64,000 nt of DNA from Fimbriimonadia bacterium (GTDB taxonomy: Bacteria; Armatimonadota; Fimbriimonadia; Fimbriimonadales; JABRVX01). The notes beneath the pieces were generated by a model. It made no database searches and was not told the DNA's origin. It worked only from the letters and a program-made list of their open reading frames with translations. Shown here piece by piece: positions 27,754 to 38,300 of the stretch; position 1 is the stretch's first letter, and every line of letters starts with the position of its first letter. The position numbers and the translations under genes are program-made. The stretch spans positions 96,001 to 160,000 of the forward strand of contig JBGPGO010000001.1 in NCBI GenBank assembly GCA_041483895.1. Direction: 5' to 3'.

Positions 27754-29703
27754 ATGCCGGAGGGTTTATTGAGTCGGAACGCAAGAACATTTCTGCTATT
27801 GAGCCTAATTGCCATCATCATGTTGTTCTTTTTTGTCCTGAACAACGGTGGAATTACCGGCCTCGGCTCGCCGATCAAGGATATCAGCCAGGCGCAGCTC
27901 ATTGATGACCTGACGAATAAGCGGTTCTCAAAAGCGGATATTGACGGTCCTGACTTCAGCGGAACCTATGCCGACGGAACCCGGGTCAAGGCCCGCCTGC
28001 GGCTTCCCCCGTCCGACGATCTCAACAAGGCTCTAGATGCGAGTTCTGTAGTCAAAGTATCCGGTTCCCAGATCAACGACCTGATGGCCCCGATCCTGAT
28101 GGGCCTCCTGATTCCCGTGGCCCTCGTTCTTGGATTCTATTTCTTCATCTACCGGCCCGCCCAGCAGACCGGCAACCAGGCCATTGCCTTTGGGCGCAGC
28201 CGGGCGAAGCGCCTGAGCGAATCGGTTCCCAAGACCACATTTGAAGATGTCGCCGGAGTTCAAGAGGCGAAGGAAGAACTGTACGAGATCGTTGACTTTC
28301 TTCGCAATAAGAACAAATATGTGGCGGTCGGCGCGAAGATCCCAAAGGGCGTCCTGCTGCTCGGCCCTCCCGGATGCGGCAAGACCCTTCTCGCCCGCGC
28401 TGTTGCCGGCGAAGCGGGAGTTCCCTTCTTTCACATTTCCGGTTCGGATTTTGTCGAGATGTTTGTTGGGGTTGGCGCGGCGCGCGTCCGGGACCTTTTC
28501 GAGACCGCAAAAGCCCACCGGCCGAGCTTAATTTTTGTGGACGAGATCGATGCGGTTGGCCGCCAGCGTGGGGCTGGATTGGGCGGCGGGCATGACGAGC
28601 GCGAGCAGACTTTGAATCAGCTTCTTGTCGAGATGGACGGATTCGACCCGAATTTGGGTGTGATTCTCATCGCCGCCACCAACAGGCCGGACGTGCTGGA
28701 TCCCGCTTTGCTCCGTCCGGGCCGTTTCGATCGCCAAATCGTGGTTGACGCCCCGGACGCGGATGGACGAGAAGCGATTCTCAAGGTCCATTCGAAGGGC
28801 AAGCCGCTCGGTCCCGACGTAGACCTGGAAGTGCTCGCCAAGCGCACTCCTGGCATGACGGGCGCTGACCTCGCGAATGTGTTGAACGAGGCCGCGCTCC
28901 TTACCGCCCGCAACGACAAAACTGCCGTCGGGCGTCTGGAGGTCGAATCCGCCCTGGATCGTGTTATCGCTGGTCCGGAGCGTCGAAGCCGCATCTTGAA
29001 CGAGCATGAGCGCGAGGTGGTCGCATACCACGAGGCCGGGCATGCCATCGTCGGCGAACTGCTTGAGCATTGCGACCCGGTTCACAAGCTCACCATCCTG
29101 CCTCGCGGAATGAGTCTTGGAACGACATGGCAATTGCCGCAGGAGCGGCGTCTCCAATCCAAGAGCGAACTGTTGGACGATATCACCATGCTGCTTGGCG
29201 GGCGCGTCGCCGAAGAGAAGGTTTTCAACGAAGTCACGACGGGCGCGCAAAACGACCTGCAGCGGGTGACCGACATGGCGCGCGCGATGGTGTGCGAGTT
29301 CGGAATGAGCCAGCACTTGGGAACGCTCACCTTTGGGAAGAGGCACGGCAATCCGTTCCTCGGCCGGGACATTATGGAGGACAGGAACTACAGCGAGGAG
29401 GTAGCGCAGGCCATCGACAGAGAGGTTCGGGACATCGTCGAGCAAAGTCACAGCCGTGCGACCGAACTGTTGACCGCGCGTCGAGAATCGTTGGACAATG
29501 TTGTTCAGGCTTTGCTGGCGGAGGAAACGTTGGATCGAGAACGATTGCTGGCGATCCTGCATGGCACGGCATCGCCTGTCGATAACAAGCTGGCAGATCG
29601 ACTCACTACCGCTGAGCCACCAATTTCGACCGAGACGCCGGGCGATGTAACTGTCCGCCGTCGCCCCAAAGGATCTCCTGGACTAGAACCCGGCCCGGCC
29701 TAA
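27754..29703 (+). CDS. ftsH: ATP-dependent zinc metalloprotease FtsH
   Basis: Two TM helices, 'GPPGCGKT', '[10 protein letters not shown]', 'HEAGH'. Confidence 0.98.
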   Translation: MPEGLLSRNARTFLLLSLIAIIMLFFFVLNNGGITGLGSPIKDISQAQLIDDLTNKRFSKADIDGPDFSGTYADGTRVKARLRLPPSDDLNKALDASSVVKVSGSQINDLMAPILMGLLIPVALVLGFYFFIYRPAQQTGNQAIAFGRSRAKRLSESVPKTTFEDVAGVQEAKEELYEIVDFLRNKNKYVAVGAKIPKGVLLLGPPGCGKTLLARAVAGEAGVPFFHISGSDFVEMFVGVGAARVRDLFETAKAHRPSLIFVDEIDAVGRQRGAGLGGGHDEREQTLNQLLVEMDGFDPNLGVILIAATNRPDVLDPALLRPGRFDRQIVVDAPDADGREAILKVHSKGKPLGPDVDLEVLAKRTPGMTGADLANVLNEAALLTARNDKTAVGRLEVESALDRVIAGPERRSRILNEHEREVVAYHEAGHAIVGELLEHCDPVHKLTILPRGMSLGTTWQLPQERRLQSKSELLDDITMLLGGRVAEEKVFNEVTTGAQNDLQRVTDMARAMVCEFGMSQHLGTLTFGKRHGNPFLGRDIMEDRNYSEEVAQAIDREVRDIVEQSHSRATELLTARRESLDNVVQALLAEETLDRERLLAILHGTASPVDNKLADRLTTAEPPISTETPGDVTVRRRPKGSPGLEPGPA

Positions 29704-31073
29704 CGCCCTCCAATTCCCGTCAATGTCACGCCCTCGATGAAATATCGTTGCGCGAAGAAGAACAGAAGCACAACCGGCAGCATCACCATCGTGCTAGCCG
29801 CCATCAATGCGCCCGGGTCGGTTCCATGCGCGGATTGGTATAGTTGCAGTGCGTAGGAGACAGGCATCTTCTCCGGCGAGTTGATGTAGATGAGCGGTCC
29901 CATGAAGTTGTTCCAGGTGCCGGTGAACGTCCAAATCGCGACGGCGGCGAGAGCGGGTTTGACCTGCGGCAGCATGATTTCCCAAAACGTTCGAAAATGA
30001 CTGCAGCCGTCGATGCGCGCCGCCTCTTCCAGCTCCGATGGAACCGTTAGGAAAAACTGCCGCAACAAAAATATGTTGAACGCCGAGCCGAAAAAAGCGG
30101 GCACCCACAAAGGATACAACGTATCGATCCAGCCAAGTTGGCGGAAGATGAGGAAGACCGGCATCATCGTAACCGCGCCCGGCAACATCAGAGTGGCGAG
30201 CAGGAGCAAGAACAGCGGGTCGCGACCGGGGAATCGCAGTCGCGCAAATCCATATCCCACAACCGAGCTGGCGATCAACGTCCCGACCAGGTTGAGCACG
30301 ACCAATAGCAGCGTGTTGAACAGATAGACGGCGCCATACGATGTTTCGGCCGGCAGGTCCGCGAGCGCGCGCTGATAGTTCTCCCATCGCAGGCCGGTGG
30401 TGCGCACATTTTGGGTTGTCCCAGCGGAGGCCGTGTACACAGTGCCCTTCAGTTCCCTTGGTTCCAAAATGCGCACGGTCCGCTTGCCGCTTGGAAACTC
30501 CTTGAGGACAGCGCCTCTGTAGTCTGTTTCCGCAAACTTTCCTATTACTAATGCGCACTTTGGGTTTTCTGGTTGGGCGATGAATTCTTGCACCTGTGGG
30601 ATCCACACTGGCGGGACACGCGCCATGTCTTGGTCCTCTTTGAACGAAGTGACGAGCAGCCACGCAAACGGAATCCCGAAGATCACGACGCCGGTGAGAA
30701 GGAGCACATGCAGCAACGATTCTGTCGCGCCTTTGCGCGCGCGGATTACGCCGCGAAACGCGCGCCTAACAATGAATGCAAACAGGATCGATTGCGCCAG
30801 CAATATCGCCGCGCCGGCGAGAAAATGGCGCATGGCATCCGGAGTGCGCGTCTGCAGATAGTATCCGAACGACGCCTCCCGGACGATTGGCGCATCGAGC
30901 AAATCTTTAACAGTGAGGCAGAACAGCCCGACCGCGACGATGCCCGCTGTGAGAAAAACGAAGCTCCAACGCCCGACAACTTTTCGCGCCGCCCAACCCG
31001 ACCAAAACGTGATCCACAGCGCGACAAGGGCGAGCGCAGCCCCGGCAACCACCAAGGCGCTGTGGAGAATCAA
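29700..31073 (-). CDS. Carbohydrate ABC transporter permease (MalG-like) with extra N-terminal TM helices
   Basis: EAA loop 'ELEEAARIDG', 'FAQRYFIEG'; TTG 31073 overlaps the upstream stop (TTGA). Confidence 0.9.
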   Translation of the reverse strand: MILHSALVVAGAALALVALWITFWSGWAARKVVGRWSFVFLTAGIVAVGLFCLTVKDLLDAPIVREASFGYYLQTRTPDAMRHFLAGAAILLAQSILFAFIVRRAFRGVIRARKGATESLLHVLLLTGVVIFGIPFAWLLVTSFKEDQDMARVPPVWIPQVQEFIAQPENPKCALVIGKFAETDYRGAVLKEFPSGKRTVRILEPRELKGTVYTASAGTTQNVRTTGLRWENYQRALADLPAETSYGAVYLFNTLLLVVLNLVGTLIASSVVGYGFARLRFPGRDPLFLLLLATLMLPGAVTMMPVFLIFRQLGWIDTLYPLWVPAFFGSAFNIFLLRQFFLTVPSELEEAARIDGCSHFRTFWEIMLPQVKPALAAVAIWTFTGTWNNFMGPLIYINSPEKMPVSYALQLYQSAHGTDPGALMAASTMVMLPVVLLFFFAQRYFIEGVTLTGIGGR

Positions 31074-33511
31074 TCCTTCGCTCTCCCGCCCTCGTAATGA
31101 ACCCATCGGGGGGCCAAACGAAGCTGCAGCAGGGTGAGGGAGAGGACCACGGCAAAAAGAGTCCAGGCGATTGCGGACGCAAATCCCATCCGAAAATATT
31201 TGAATGCGTTGTCGAACAGATAATAGACCGGCACGAGCAGGCTGTCGACCGGACCGATTCCCTGTTGGTCCGTCGGACGCATGACATATATCCTGTCAAA
31301 TTCCTGCAGGGCACCGATAGTTCCCATCACGAGGTTGAAGAAGACATAGGGCGATATTTGCGGGAGAGTGATCTGTCTGAATGCCTGCCATGCGCCGGCG
31401 CCATCGATTTTCGCCGCTTCATAGAGCTGACGCGGCACGCCCTGCAACCCCGCGAGCCACAGAATCATCCCGCTGCCGGCGCCCCACAAACCCATGACGA
31501 TGAGCGCGGGTTTGGACCACGTTTCCGAATTGAGCCAGCCCGGCAGATGGCCCGGCCAGATGGTGCGGAGCGCGGCGTTCAGCAGCCCCTTGTCGGGATC
31601 GCCGGTCAGCACCCAGGCCCACAAAACGGCGGCGGCGATGGTCGGGGCGATGCTGGGGATGTAAAACGCGGTCCGATACATCCGCATGCCGCGGACTCCT
31701 GTGTTCAGCAGGAGCGCAATCGCCAATCCCGTGATCAGGTTGAGCGGCACGCCGATTCCCGCCAGATAGGCCACATTCCACGCGGCCTTTCCAAAATGAT
31801 CCTTGTCCGTCGTCGCCAACTCCACATAGTTTCCGAGTCCGACCCACTTCGCCGGATGCAGCACATCGTAGTCGCAGAAGCTGAGGAACAGCGACACCAA
31901 AATCGGCCCCGCCGTGAAAATGAGAAAGCCGAGGAGCCAGGGGGAAATGAACAGGAATCCGGAGACCGCCTCGCCCTTTCGCAAGCGGCCAAGACGGACG
32001 ACGCGGCGCGCCAGCCAAACAAGGCTGCCGAGGACCATCGATATGGCGACGCCGGCGGCAGTGAGAATCAAAGCGGGATTTATCTTTGGCAATGCCTGCC
32101 GGCTCGCCATTCGATCGAGTTCCCCTTGCACGTGCGCCTGCCCCGCCGCCAATGCCTGCTTTGGCGACATCTTATGGTGAACGGCCTGCTCGTACGCGCG
32201 TTGATGCTCATCCCACAGGGTTTGGCCGACGAAAGTGACCGGGCGGTAGCGGGCCGTCGGCATCAGATTGATGCAAGCCCGCATCCCTTCCGCCAGGTCC
32301 GGGAGGTCCGGTTTGCATGCCGCGTACACGGCTTCTGTCGACAGGCGATTTGCGCGAAAATTTGGCACAAAAATCCGGCCAAGCGATGCCAGGTAATCAC
32401 CCTGAGCCCTCGCTTCTACGAGCGCGGATTCCGGGTTCGTCATCCATTTGATGAACCGCCAGGCGGCATCGCCATGGTGAGAACCGACGGGAATCGCCCA
32501 AGAGAATCCGCCCATCCATGTCACGTAGGTCTGCTTTTCATCGGCGAAGATTCCGCGGTGGTAATATCTATCGTCCGGAACCGGCGGCGGGGCGACTCCA
32601 AACTCCAGATTCGGCGCATACTGTGCGATATTCAGGAGCTTCCAATTCCCATCGACGGTCATCGCCAACTTTCCCGTGTAGAACGGATCGAGCTGATCGC
32701 CCTGAAAGCCGGAAGCAAACGAATCGGCCTGCTCCACGCCGCCGACCGCATCATACATGTCCACCATATATTGCAGCGCGACTTGTGTGCGCGGGTTGTC
32801 GAGCGTGCAGGTTTTGCTGTCGGGCGACATGAATTCGCCATTCATCTCCCAAGAGTAGAGATAGAGCCAGGAGTTGCCGAAGTTGGGTAGAAATCCGACG
32901 GTCTTCAGCCCTCCGCCCGGCGCCCGTTGCGTAAGCGCAAGGCTGTATTTTTTCAGTTCGGACCAGGTTCGGGGAGCCCGATTCGGATCGAGGCCCATCG
33001 CCTGCAAACGCGGCGCGGCATCGCGGAACATTTTCTTGTTCCAAAAGAGAGCGCGGCAATCGGCGCCGGCGGGGATTGCGTATACTTTGCCCCGATACTC
33101 CGCCTCCTTCCAGGTCGCCGGATAATACTCTTCGGGGCGCGGACACATTTTTTCGTGGCGATCCCGTGCTATCAGATTGTCGAACGGAAGAAACGTGCCG
33201 CGGCTAGCCCAATCGCCAATGGTGAAGCGATCCTGATAAATCAGATCCGGCGGGGATTTTCCGACGATGGCGGTCATGAGCTTCTGCGGATTCATCCCGC
33301 CCGCCCCCATCGAAAGGATCGTGACCCGGATGTCCGGATTGCGATGTTCGAACTCTTTGATCTGGGCGGCAAAACCCTTATCGTCAGCTCCAAGGACCAA
33401 TCCCCAAACCTTTAGATTGGTCCTCTTGTCGTGCGTCGTTTGGGGATCTAACGCGCGGGAAGTGAACCAGAACAGAAATACGGCTAAAATCGCGCCCAAG
33501 ATCCACTTCAT
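31070..33511 (-). CDS. Fused solute-binding protein and carbohydrate ABC permease (MalE-MalF-like)
   Basis: N-terminal SBP ('PPDLIYQDR', 'GKVYAIP', 'FYTGKLAM'), C-terminal permease ('FISPWLLGF', 'LYEAAKIDGA'). Confidence 0.9.
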   Translation of the reverse strand: MKWILGAILAVFLFWFTSRALDPQTTHDKRTNLKVWGLVLGADDKGFAAQIKEFEHRNPDIRVTILSMGAGGMNPQKLMTAIVGKSPPDLIYQDRFTIGDWASRGTFLPFDNLIARDRHEKMCPRPEEYYPATWKEAEYRGKVYAIPAGADCRALFWNKKMFRDAAPRLQAMGLDPNRAPRTWSELKKYSLALTQRAPGGGLKTVGFLPNFGNSWLYLYSWEMNGEFMSPDSKTCTLDNPRTQVALQYMVDMYDAVGGVEQADSFASGFQGDQLDPFYTGKLAMTVDGNWKLLNIAQYAPNLEFGVAPPPVPDDRYYHRGIFADEKQTYVTWMGGFSWAIPVGSHHGDAAWRFIKWMTNPESALVEARAQGDYLASLGRIFVPNFRANRLSTEAVYAACKPDLPDLAEGMRACINLMPTARYRPVTFVGQTLWDEHQRAYEQAVHHKMSPKQALAAGQAHVQGELDRMASRQALPKINPALILTAAGVAISMVLGSLVWLARRVVRLGRLRKGEAVSGFLFISPWLLGFLIFTAGPILVSLFLSFCDYDVLHPAKWVGLGNYVELATTDKDHFGKAAWNVAYLAGIGVPLNLITGLAIALLLNTGVRGMRMYRTAFYIPSIAPTIAAAVLWAWVLTGDPDKGLLNAALRTIWPGHLPGWLNSETWSKPALIVMGLWGAGSGMILWLAGLQGVPRQLYEAAKIDGAGAWQAFRQITLPQISPYVFFNLVMGTIGALQEFDRIYVMRPTDQQGIGPVDSLLVPVYYLFDNAFKYFRMGFASAIAWTLFAVVLSLTLLQLRLAPRWVHYEGGRAKD

Positions 33512-33532
33512 CCTAGCACCGATTGTAGCCTA

Positions 33533-33567
33533 AACAAAGGGAAAGGACCCGCCAATTTGGCGGGTCC
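33533..33567 (-). terminator. Intrinsic terminator of the outer-membrane protein gene
   Basis: GGACCCGCCA/TGGCGGGTCC stem (33545-33567) followed on the minus strand by TTTCCCTTTGTT. Confidence 0.75.
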
Positions 33568-33589
33568 CACATATCATCCTCAGACGAAT

Positions 33590-34123
33590 TTAGAAATTCA
33601 GGCCGGCTACAAGAAAAAATCCGTTCAGGTTGGTATCGACGCTCTCGCCGGCAGCGCCCATGAATCCGCCTTCTACGAAGAACGGGGTCTTGCCGGTGTT
33701 GAAGTCGAGTCCGATTGCAAGTCGGTAACCAAACACGGTTTTGTCTTCTACGGGGAGCGACGCAAACGTAACGCCCGCGCCCGCGCTGTAGTGGAACTGG
33801 TTGGCGTGGCCAACATAGTTGACCAGAACCGGAACGGCCGTGAAGTCATCCTGGCCATAGTAATCGGCACTGATCGACCAGTGTGCTCGATATCCGGTGG
33901 TGTAGTTCGGAACTCCGATGTCACCGAGTTTGTACTCAAGCCCGGCGGTGAACCATGCATCCGCCGTCGCATCACGAACGGTCTGCTCGCTCGGGAAGAA
34001 AACTCCCGCGCGGACCGTGAGCCCCGTCGGCTCGGTACCCTGCGTCTTTGCCTCAGTTGCGAACGCAGAGCCCGTTACCAGGGCTGCAACCGCCAAAAGC
34101 GAAGTCCATTTTCGCATTGTCAA
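33590..34123 (-). CDS. Small outer-membrane beta-barrel protein
   Basis: Signal peptide, amphipathic strands, C-terminal Phe ('VAGLNF'). Confidence 0.8.
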   Translation of the reverse strand: MTMRKWTSLLAVAALVTGSAFATEAKTQGTEPTGLTVRAGVFFPSEQTVRDATADAWFTAGLEYKLGDIGVPNYTTGYRAHWSISADYYGQDDFTAVPVLVNYVGHANQFHYSAGAGVTFASLPVEDKTVFGYRLAIGLDFNTGKTPFFVEGGFMGAAGESVDTNLNGFFLVAGLNF

Positions 34124-34195
34124 ACCCTCCTTAGATCAAAGGTTGCACGGTCATTCTACCTAGGAATGCACATTGACCGCTATTGCATACGTCAA

Positions 34196-34447
34196 TCAGG
34201 GCTTTTTGTTCAATTCGATAGGATCGCTAGCAATCGATATTACTTTTTGATAACAGGTTCTGCCCCCTTGACAGGCCTCAAGACAGACCTCCTGCTCGTC
34301 CGGCCCGAAATCGGTCATCGTTTGCAGGCACCAGTATTTTTGCGGGGGCGAGAAGTGGTCCGGCGCAAAATCTGGGTTCGGAAGCTCGGCATACTGCTCC
34401 TTCTTGCTTCGGAGCAATGCGCATTTGGTAATTTCGAGATTCGGCAC
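34196..34447 (-). CDS. Small Cys-rich hypothetical protein ending the pao-like operon
   Basis: 83 aa with five Cys; GTG start separated by 2 nt from the FAD-subunit stop. Confidence 0.65.
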   Translation of the reverse strand: MPNLEITKCALLRSKKEQYAELPNPDFAPDHFSPPQKYWCLQTMTDFGPDEQEVCLEACQGGRTCYQKVISIASDPIELNKKP

Positions 34448-34449
34448 TG

Positions 34450-35427
34450 CTACTTCGCCTCCATTCCCGCCGCAGTGAGGGCGGCAATACCCACGGCTGA
34501 GGCGGCCAGCTTCTCCTTATACGCGTTCCCGGACATCGGCGTGGCATTGGCGACGGCGGCGACACCCGCTTGCAGTGCTTGCTCGGTCGAAAGATTCTTC
34601 CCTTCCAGCATCTTTTCGGCTTCCTGGCTTCGCCACGGAATTGGCGCTACCCCGCCGAGCACAACCCGGGCCTTCGTAACCAAGGTCCCCTTCATTTCCA
34701 TTGCCACCGCGGCGCTGGCCAAGGCCCAATCAAACGATTCCCTCTCTTTTATCTTGTAATAGCTGCTCTTCCAACCGGCCATAGCCTTGGGCAGGGTGAC
34801 GGCCGTTACGATTTCACCGTCTTTGAGCACGTTCTCCGAATAGACGTTGTCACGCGGAAGTTGAAAGAATTCGCCGAGCGGCATCTTGCGAGTCTTGCCG
34901 TTCGAGAAGATTTCCACCTGGGCATCCAATGCGATGAGCGCGGGGGCGAGGTCGGACGGATGCACGATATGGCACGGGCCGCCGCCGAGGATGGCATGGT
35001 ATTCGTTTTCGCCTTCCACGGCATAGCAGCGATCGCCGCCCTTTTTCAGGCAGTGGACTTCCGCGTCACGATAATACCAACAGCGGGGCCTTTGACAGAG
35101 ATTGCCGCCGACAGTCCCGACGTTTCTAATCTGTGGTGAACCGACCGATTCCGCGGCTTCCGCGATCGCCGGGTACTTGGAACGAACCTCTTTATTGGCG
35201 GCGAGGTCGGCGAGCGTCACAAGCGCGCCGATCTTGAAGTCTCCGCTCCCACCGATATCCTTCAGTCCGGAAACGCTTTTCAGATTGACGATTCGCTGCG
35301 GCTGGATCAGTCCTTCCTTGAGCTCGGTAAGCAGATCGATGCCGCCGGCCAGGAGTTTTCCCGAGGGACCGATGGCCTTGGAAGCATCCGCCAGATCTTT
35401 CGGTGATACGTAGGTGAAAGAGTTCAT
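34450..35427 (-). CDS. Xanthine dehydrogenase-family FAD-binding subunit (PaoB/YagS-like)
   Basis: 'LAGGIDL', 'SPQIRNVGTVGGNLCQRPRCWYYR', Cys-rich insert, 'HPSD'. Confidence 0.93.
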   Translation of the reverse strand: MNSFTYVSPKDLADASKAIGPSGKLLAGGIDLLTELKEGLIQPQRIVNLKSVSGLKDIGGSGDFKIGALVTLADLAANKEVRSKYPAIAEAAESVGSPQIRNVGTVGGNLCQRPRCWYYRDAEVHCLKKGGDRCYAVEGENEYHAILGGGPCHIVHPSDLAPALIALDAQVEIFSNGKTRKMPLGEFFQLPRDNVYSENVLKDGEIVTAVTLPKAMAGWKSSYYKIKERESFDWALASAAVAMEMKGTLVTKARVVLGGVAPIPWRSQEAEKMLEGKNLSTEQALQAGVAAVANATPMSGNAYKEKLAASAVGIAALTAAGMEAK

Positions 35428-37502
35428 GCCATCGCCTCCATCATCCGCTTCGGCACAATAGGCAGGTGCCTAATTCGCAGGCCGCTCGCGTTGTAGACCG
35501 CGTTCGCCACCGCGCCCGCAGTGGGAATCACGGCCGGTTCTCCAATGCCCGCCACCTTGTCATGAGTGTCGTAGATGACCGGGATGATCTCCGGCATCTC
35601 CATCGGACCGGGGAGTTTGTAGTTCTCCATGTCGGGATTTAGACAACGGCCGGTATGCTCATCCATCTTTCGGCCTTCGAACAGCGCCATCGCGATGCCC
35701 TGGATGACGCCTCCGATGAGCTGGCTTTCCGCCGCAAGCCGGTTGATCGCGTAGCCACAGTCCTGGACGGCGACCACCTTGATCGGCTGGACATGGCCGG
35801 TCCACATGTCGACCTCAACCTCCGCAAACTGCACTCCGGCCACTCCGCCCTGCTGCAGCGAACCGTCGAATTGCCCGTTCGCCACGATCGGTTGGGCGCC
35901 AAGCCGCGCGCAGAGCTCGGTGAACTTCACGCTCTTCGACGGATCGGCCGCGACGAACACCTTGTTGTCCCGCGCGTCGAGCGAATCAGGGGTTGTCGAG
36001 AGCATCTCGGCGGCCTTGGCAAATAGCTGCGCCCGCGCCGCCTGGGCCGCGGTCTTGACAGCCGGCGCAAGCGACGCGGTAGTGGTTGAGCCGCCGCTTC
36101 CTCCCGAATATCCCAGCGCCGAATCCCCAATCATCGCCTTGACGCGATCGATATCGATCCCAAGGTCTTCGGCGACTATGGAAGCGACATAGGTCCGGGT
36201 TCCCGTTCCGAGGTCCTGGGTGCCGACCTTTGACAACACCGTGCCATCGGAGTTGACCACGACCTGGACCTGCGATCCGGGACCGCCGCCGCCACCCCAT
36301 TTGCCCGTCGCGACTCCCATGCCGCGCACGAATCGAGCTTTGCTCTTTCCAGGGCTCATATTGCGCTTGTCCCAGCCGATCATCTGGGCGCCCATGCGGA
36401 ACTGCGCCTCGCGAAGCTGGCTCGACTGGTTCTTCAGGCGAAACTCGACGGGGTCCATGTTGAGCTTGTATGCCAACTCATCGATCATCATCTCGGTCAG
36501 CGCGCAGGCCTGTGGATGCATTGGGGCGCGAAGCGCGGCCTGGGAACCGCAATTCACGCGAACGCCCGTCATCGAAACGTCCCGTTTTTCGGCATGATAG
36601 ATGTAGGGATATTCGAGGCCCCAGCGCGAGGAGTTGCCGCCGGTTCCAAACAGGTTGGCTTTCACCACCGTCAGCTTCCCGTCGGCGGAGGCCCCGGCCT
36701 TCACTTCGGCGAAGCCGTCCGGGCCGTTGCCGGTGGCAAGCTGCTCGCCGGCCCGATCGCACATCAGCTTGACCGGCGCGCCGGCCTTCTTTGCAAGCGT
36801 CGCGCAGACAGAACCCTCAACACCGGGTCCAAACTTGCTGCCAAAACCACCGCCCATGTATTCACAAATCACATGTGACTTGTCTTGGGCGATCCCCTGA
36901 TTGGCGGCCATTCCCTCTTTCACGCCATGCACCGCCTGGGTCGAACACCACGTCGTTAACGCATCGCCATCCCATTTGCAAACAGAACCGTGCGATTCTA
37001 GGCTCGTGTGCAGGCGGATCGGAACGCTGTATGTGGCTTCGATGGTGGCGGCGGCGCTTTTCAGGGCGTCCGCCACTTCGCCTTCGGGGATCATGCTCGG
37101 CTGGGCGTCTTTCCTGTCGGCGATTTTGGCCGCCATCTCCGTTCGGACCGAGTGCGGCTGCTTTTCGTATTCGACCACAATCGCGCGCACGGCGTCTTTC
37201 GCCAGCTCTTCTGTGACCGCCGCAACGGCTGCGATCTCCTGTCCATGGTACCGAAGCGTCGAATTGACGCCGGCGATCGTCACGACCGCCTTCACGCCGG
37301 GCATCTTCTCGGCCGCGGACGTGTCCAACTTCGTGATTTTGGCGGAGGCGTGCGGGGAACGGAGCATAACCCCATAGAGCATGCCCGGCAGCACAATATC
37401 GAAGGTGTACTTCGCCCTGCCCGTTGCCTTGGCGGGGCCATCGACACGAGTTACCTTTTGGCCCACATATTTGGAGGTCTTGCGGTCATTCCAACCAGCC
37501 AT
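35424..37502 (-). CDS. Xanthine dehydrogenase-family molybdopterin-binding subunit (PaoC/YagR-like)
   Basis: 'GGGFGSK', 'LRAP', 'QDLGTG', 'GGSGGS', 'GIGEP'. Confidence 0.93.
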   Translation of the reverse strand: MAGWNDRKTSKYVGQKVTRVDGPAKATGRAKYTFDIVLPGMLYGVMLRSPHASAKITKLDTSAAEKMPGVKAVVTIAGVNSTLRYHGQEIAAVAAVTEELAKDAVRAIVVEYEKQPHSVRTEMAAKIADRKDAQPSMIPEGEVADALKSAAATIEATYSVPIRLHTSLESHGSVCKWDGDALTTWCSTQAVHGVKEGMAANQGIAQDKSHVICEYMGGGFGSKFGPGVEGSVCATLAKKAGAPVKLMCDRAGEQLATGNGPDGFAEVKAGASADGKLTVVKANLFGTGGNSSRWGLEYPYIYHAEKRDVSMTGVRVNCGSQAALRAPMHPQACALTEMMIDELAYKLNMDPVEFRLKNQSSQLREAQFRMGAQMIGWDKRNMSPGKSKARFVRGMGVATGKWGGGGGPGSQVQVVVNSDGTVLSKVGTQDLGTGTRTYVASIVAEDLGIDIDRVKAMIGDSALGYSGGSGGSTTTASLAPAVKTAAQAARAQLFAKAAEMLSTTPDSLDARDNKVFVAADPSKSVKFTELCARLGAQPIVANGQFDGSLQQGGVAGVQFAEVEVDMWTGHVQPIKVVAVQDCGYAINRLAAESQLIGGVIQGIAMALFEGRKMDEHTGRCLNPDMENYKLPGPMEMPEIIPVIYDTHDKVAGIGEPAVIPTAGAVANAVYNASGLRIRHLPIVPKRMMEAMA

Positions 37503-38147
37503 TTAGAAAGCCCCCTTTCGCGCCTTGGCGGCAGCCAGTGCGGCTTCGAAAATCCTTGTGTAGGTTCCGCAGCGGCAGATGTTTCCGCAGCAGGCCTGCT
37601 TCACATCGTCCAGCGTCGGGTTCGGATTGGTTTTGAGCAGATGGTTGACGGACATAACGAAACCGGGAGTGCAGAATCCGCACTGCAGGGCGTCATGGTC
37701 AACGAACGCCTGCTGCAGCGGGGTCATCTTCCCTTCCGGCGCGAGGCTTTCGATGGTCTCTATGTCGTGACCCTGACTATCAACTGCCAGTTTGAGGCAG
37801 GCGTAGATCGGCTTGCCGTCCATATAGACCGTGCAGCCGCCGCAGTTGCCCATGTCGCAGATCTTTTTGGCGCCGGTCAGTTGCAGGCGCTCGCGCAGGG
37901 CATCGAGCAGGGTGACCCTCGGCTCCAGGTTCAACTGGTGGGTCTTCCCGTTGACCTTGAGGCTTACCGGTACCGCGCCGGGGATGGCGTCAAGATCGGT
38001 TTTCGGCCCCTGCTTCGGTTCATCGGTCTTGGGCCGGAACGCGACCGCGCCGACAACCGTTGCGGTTGCCGCCGCCGCGCCAACCCCACGCAGGAACTGC
38101 CTCCGGCTCAGGCCCTTCTTCGTTTCCTCTCTTATTTCATCCGCCAT
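37503..38147 (-). CDS. 2Fe-2S subunit with Tat signal (PaoA/YagT-like)
   Basis: 'SRRQFL' Tat motif, 'CDMGNCGGC', 'QCGFC', 'CRC'. Confidence 0.93.
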   Translation of the reverse strand: MADEIREETKKGLSRRQFLRGVGAAAATATVVGAVAFRPKTDEPKQGPKTDLDAIPGAVPVSLKVNGKTHQLNLEPRVTLLDALRERLQLTGAKKICDMGNCGGCTVYMDGKPIYACLKLAVDSQGHDIETIESLAPEGKMTPLQQAFVDHDALQCGFCTPGFVMSVNHLLKTNPNPTLDDVKQACCGNICRCGTYTRIFEAALAAAKARKGAF

Positions 38148-38168
38148 CGAACACCTCCGCCGTCTTCC

Positions 38169-38300
38169 CCCTTCACAGTGCGACTGTGAAGGGATTTCCG
38201 TCAGCTACCCTACTCCCTTCACAGTGCGACTGTGAAGCGATACGATTATCCCCAGGGGATTTCCTCAGATTCCTATGTCTTCATAGTCGCACTGTGAAGG
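38169..38300. repeat. Three copies of a ~25-nt palindrome CCCTTCACAGT-GCG-ACTGTGAAGGG
   Basis: 38169-38193, 38215-38237 and a reversed degenerate copy at 38279-38300; same family at 55962-56092. Confidence 0.9.

Noticed and set aside
31097..32890. 597-aa plus-strand ORF and similar long shadow ORFs (e.g. 22810-24066, 37008-38189, 58460-59482)
   Set aside because: Overlap well-supported genes, mostly antisense, have no motifs, and are expected in GC-rich DNA.
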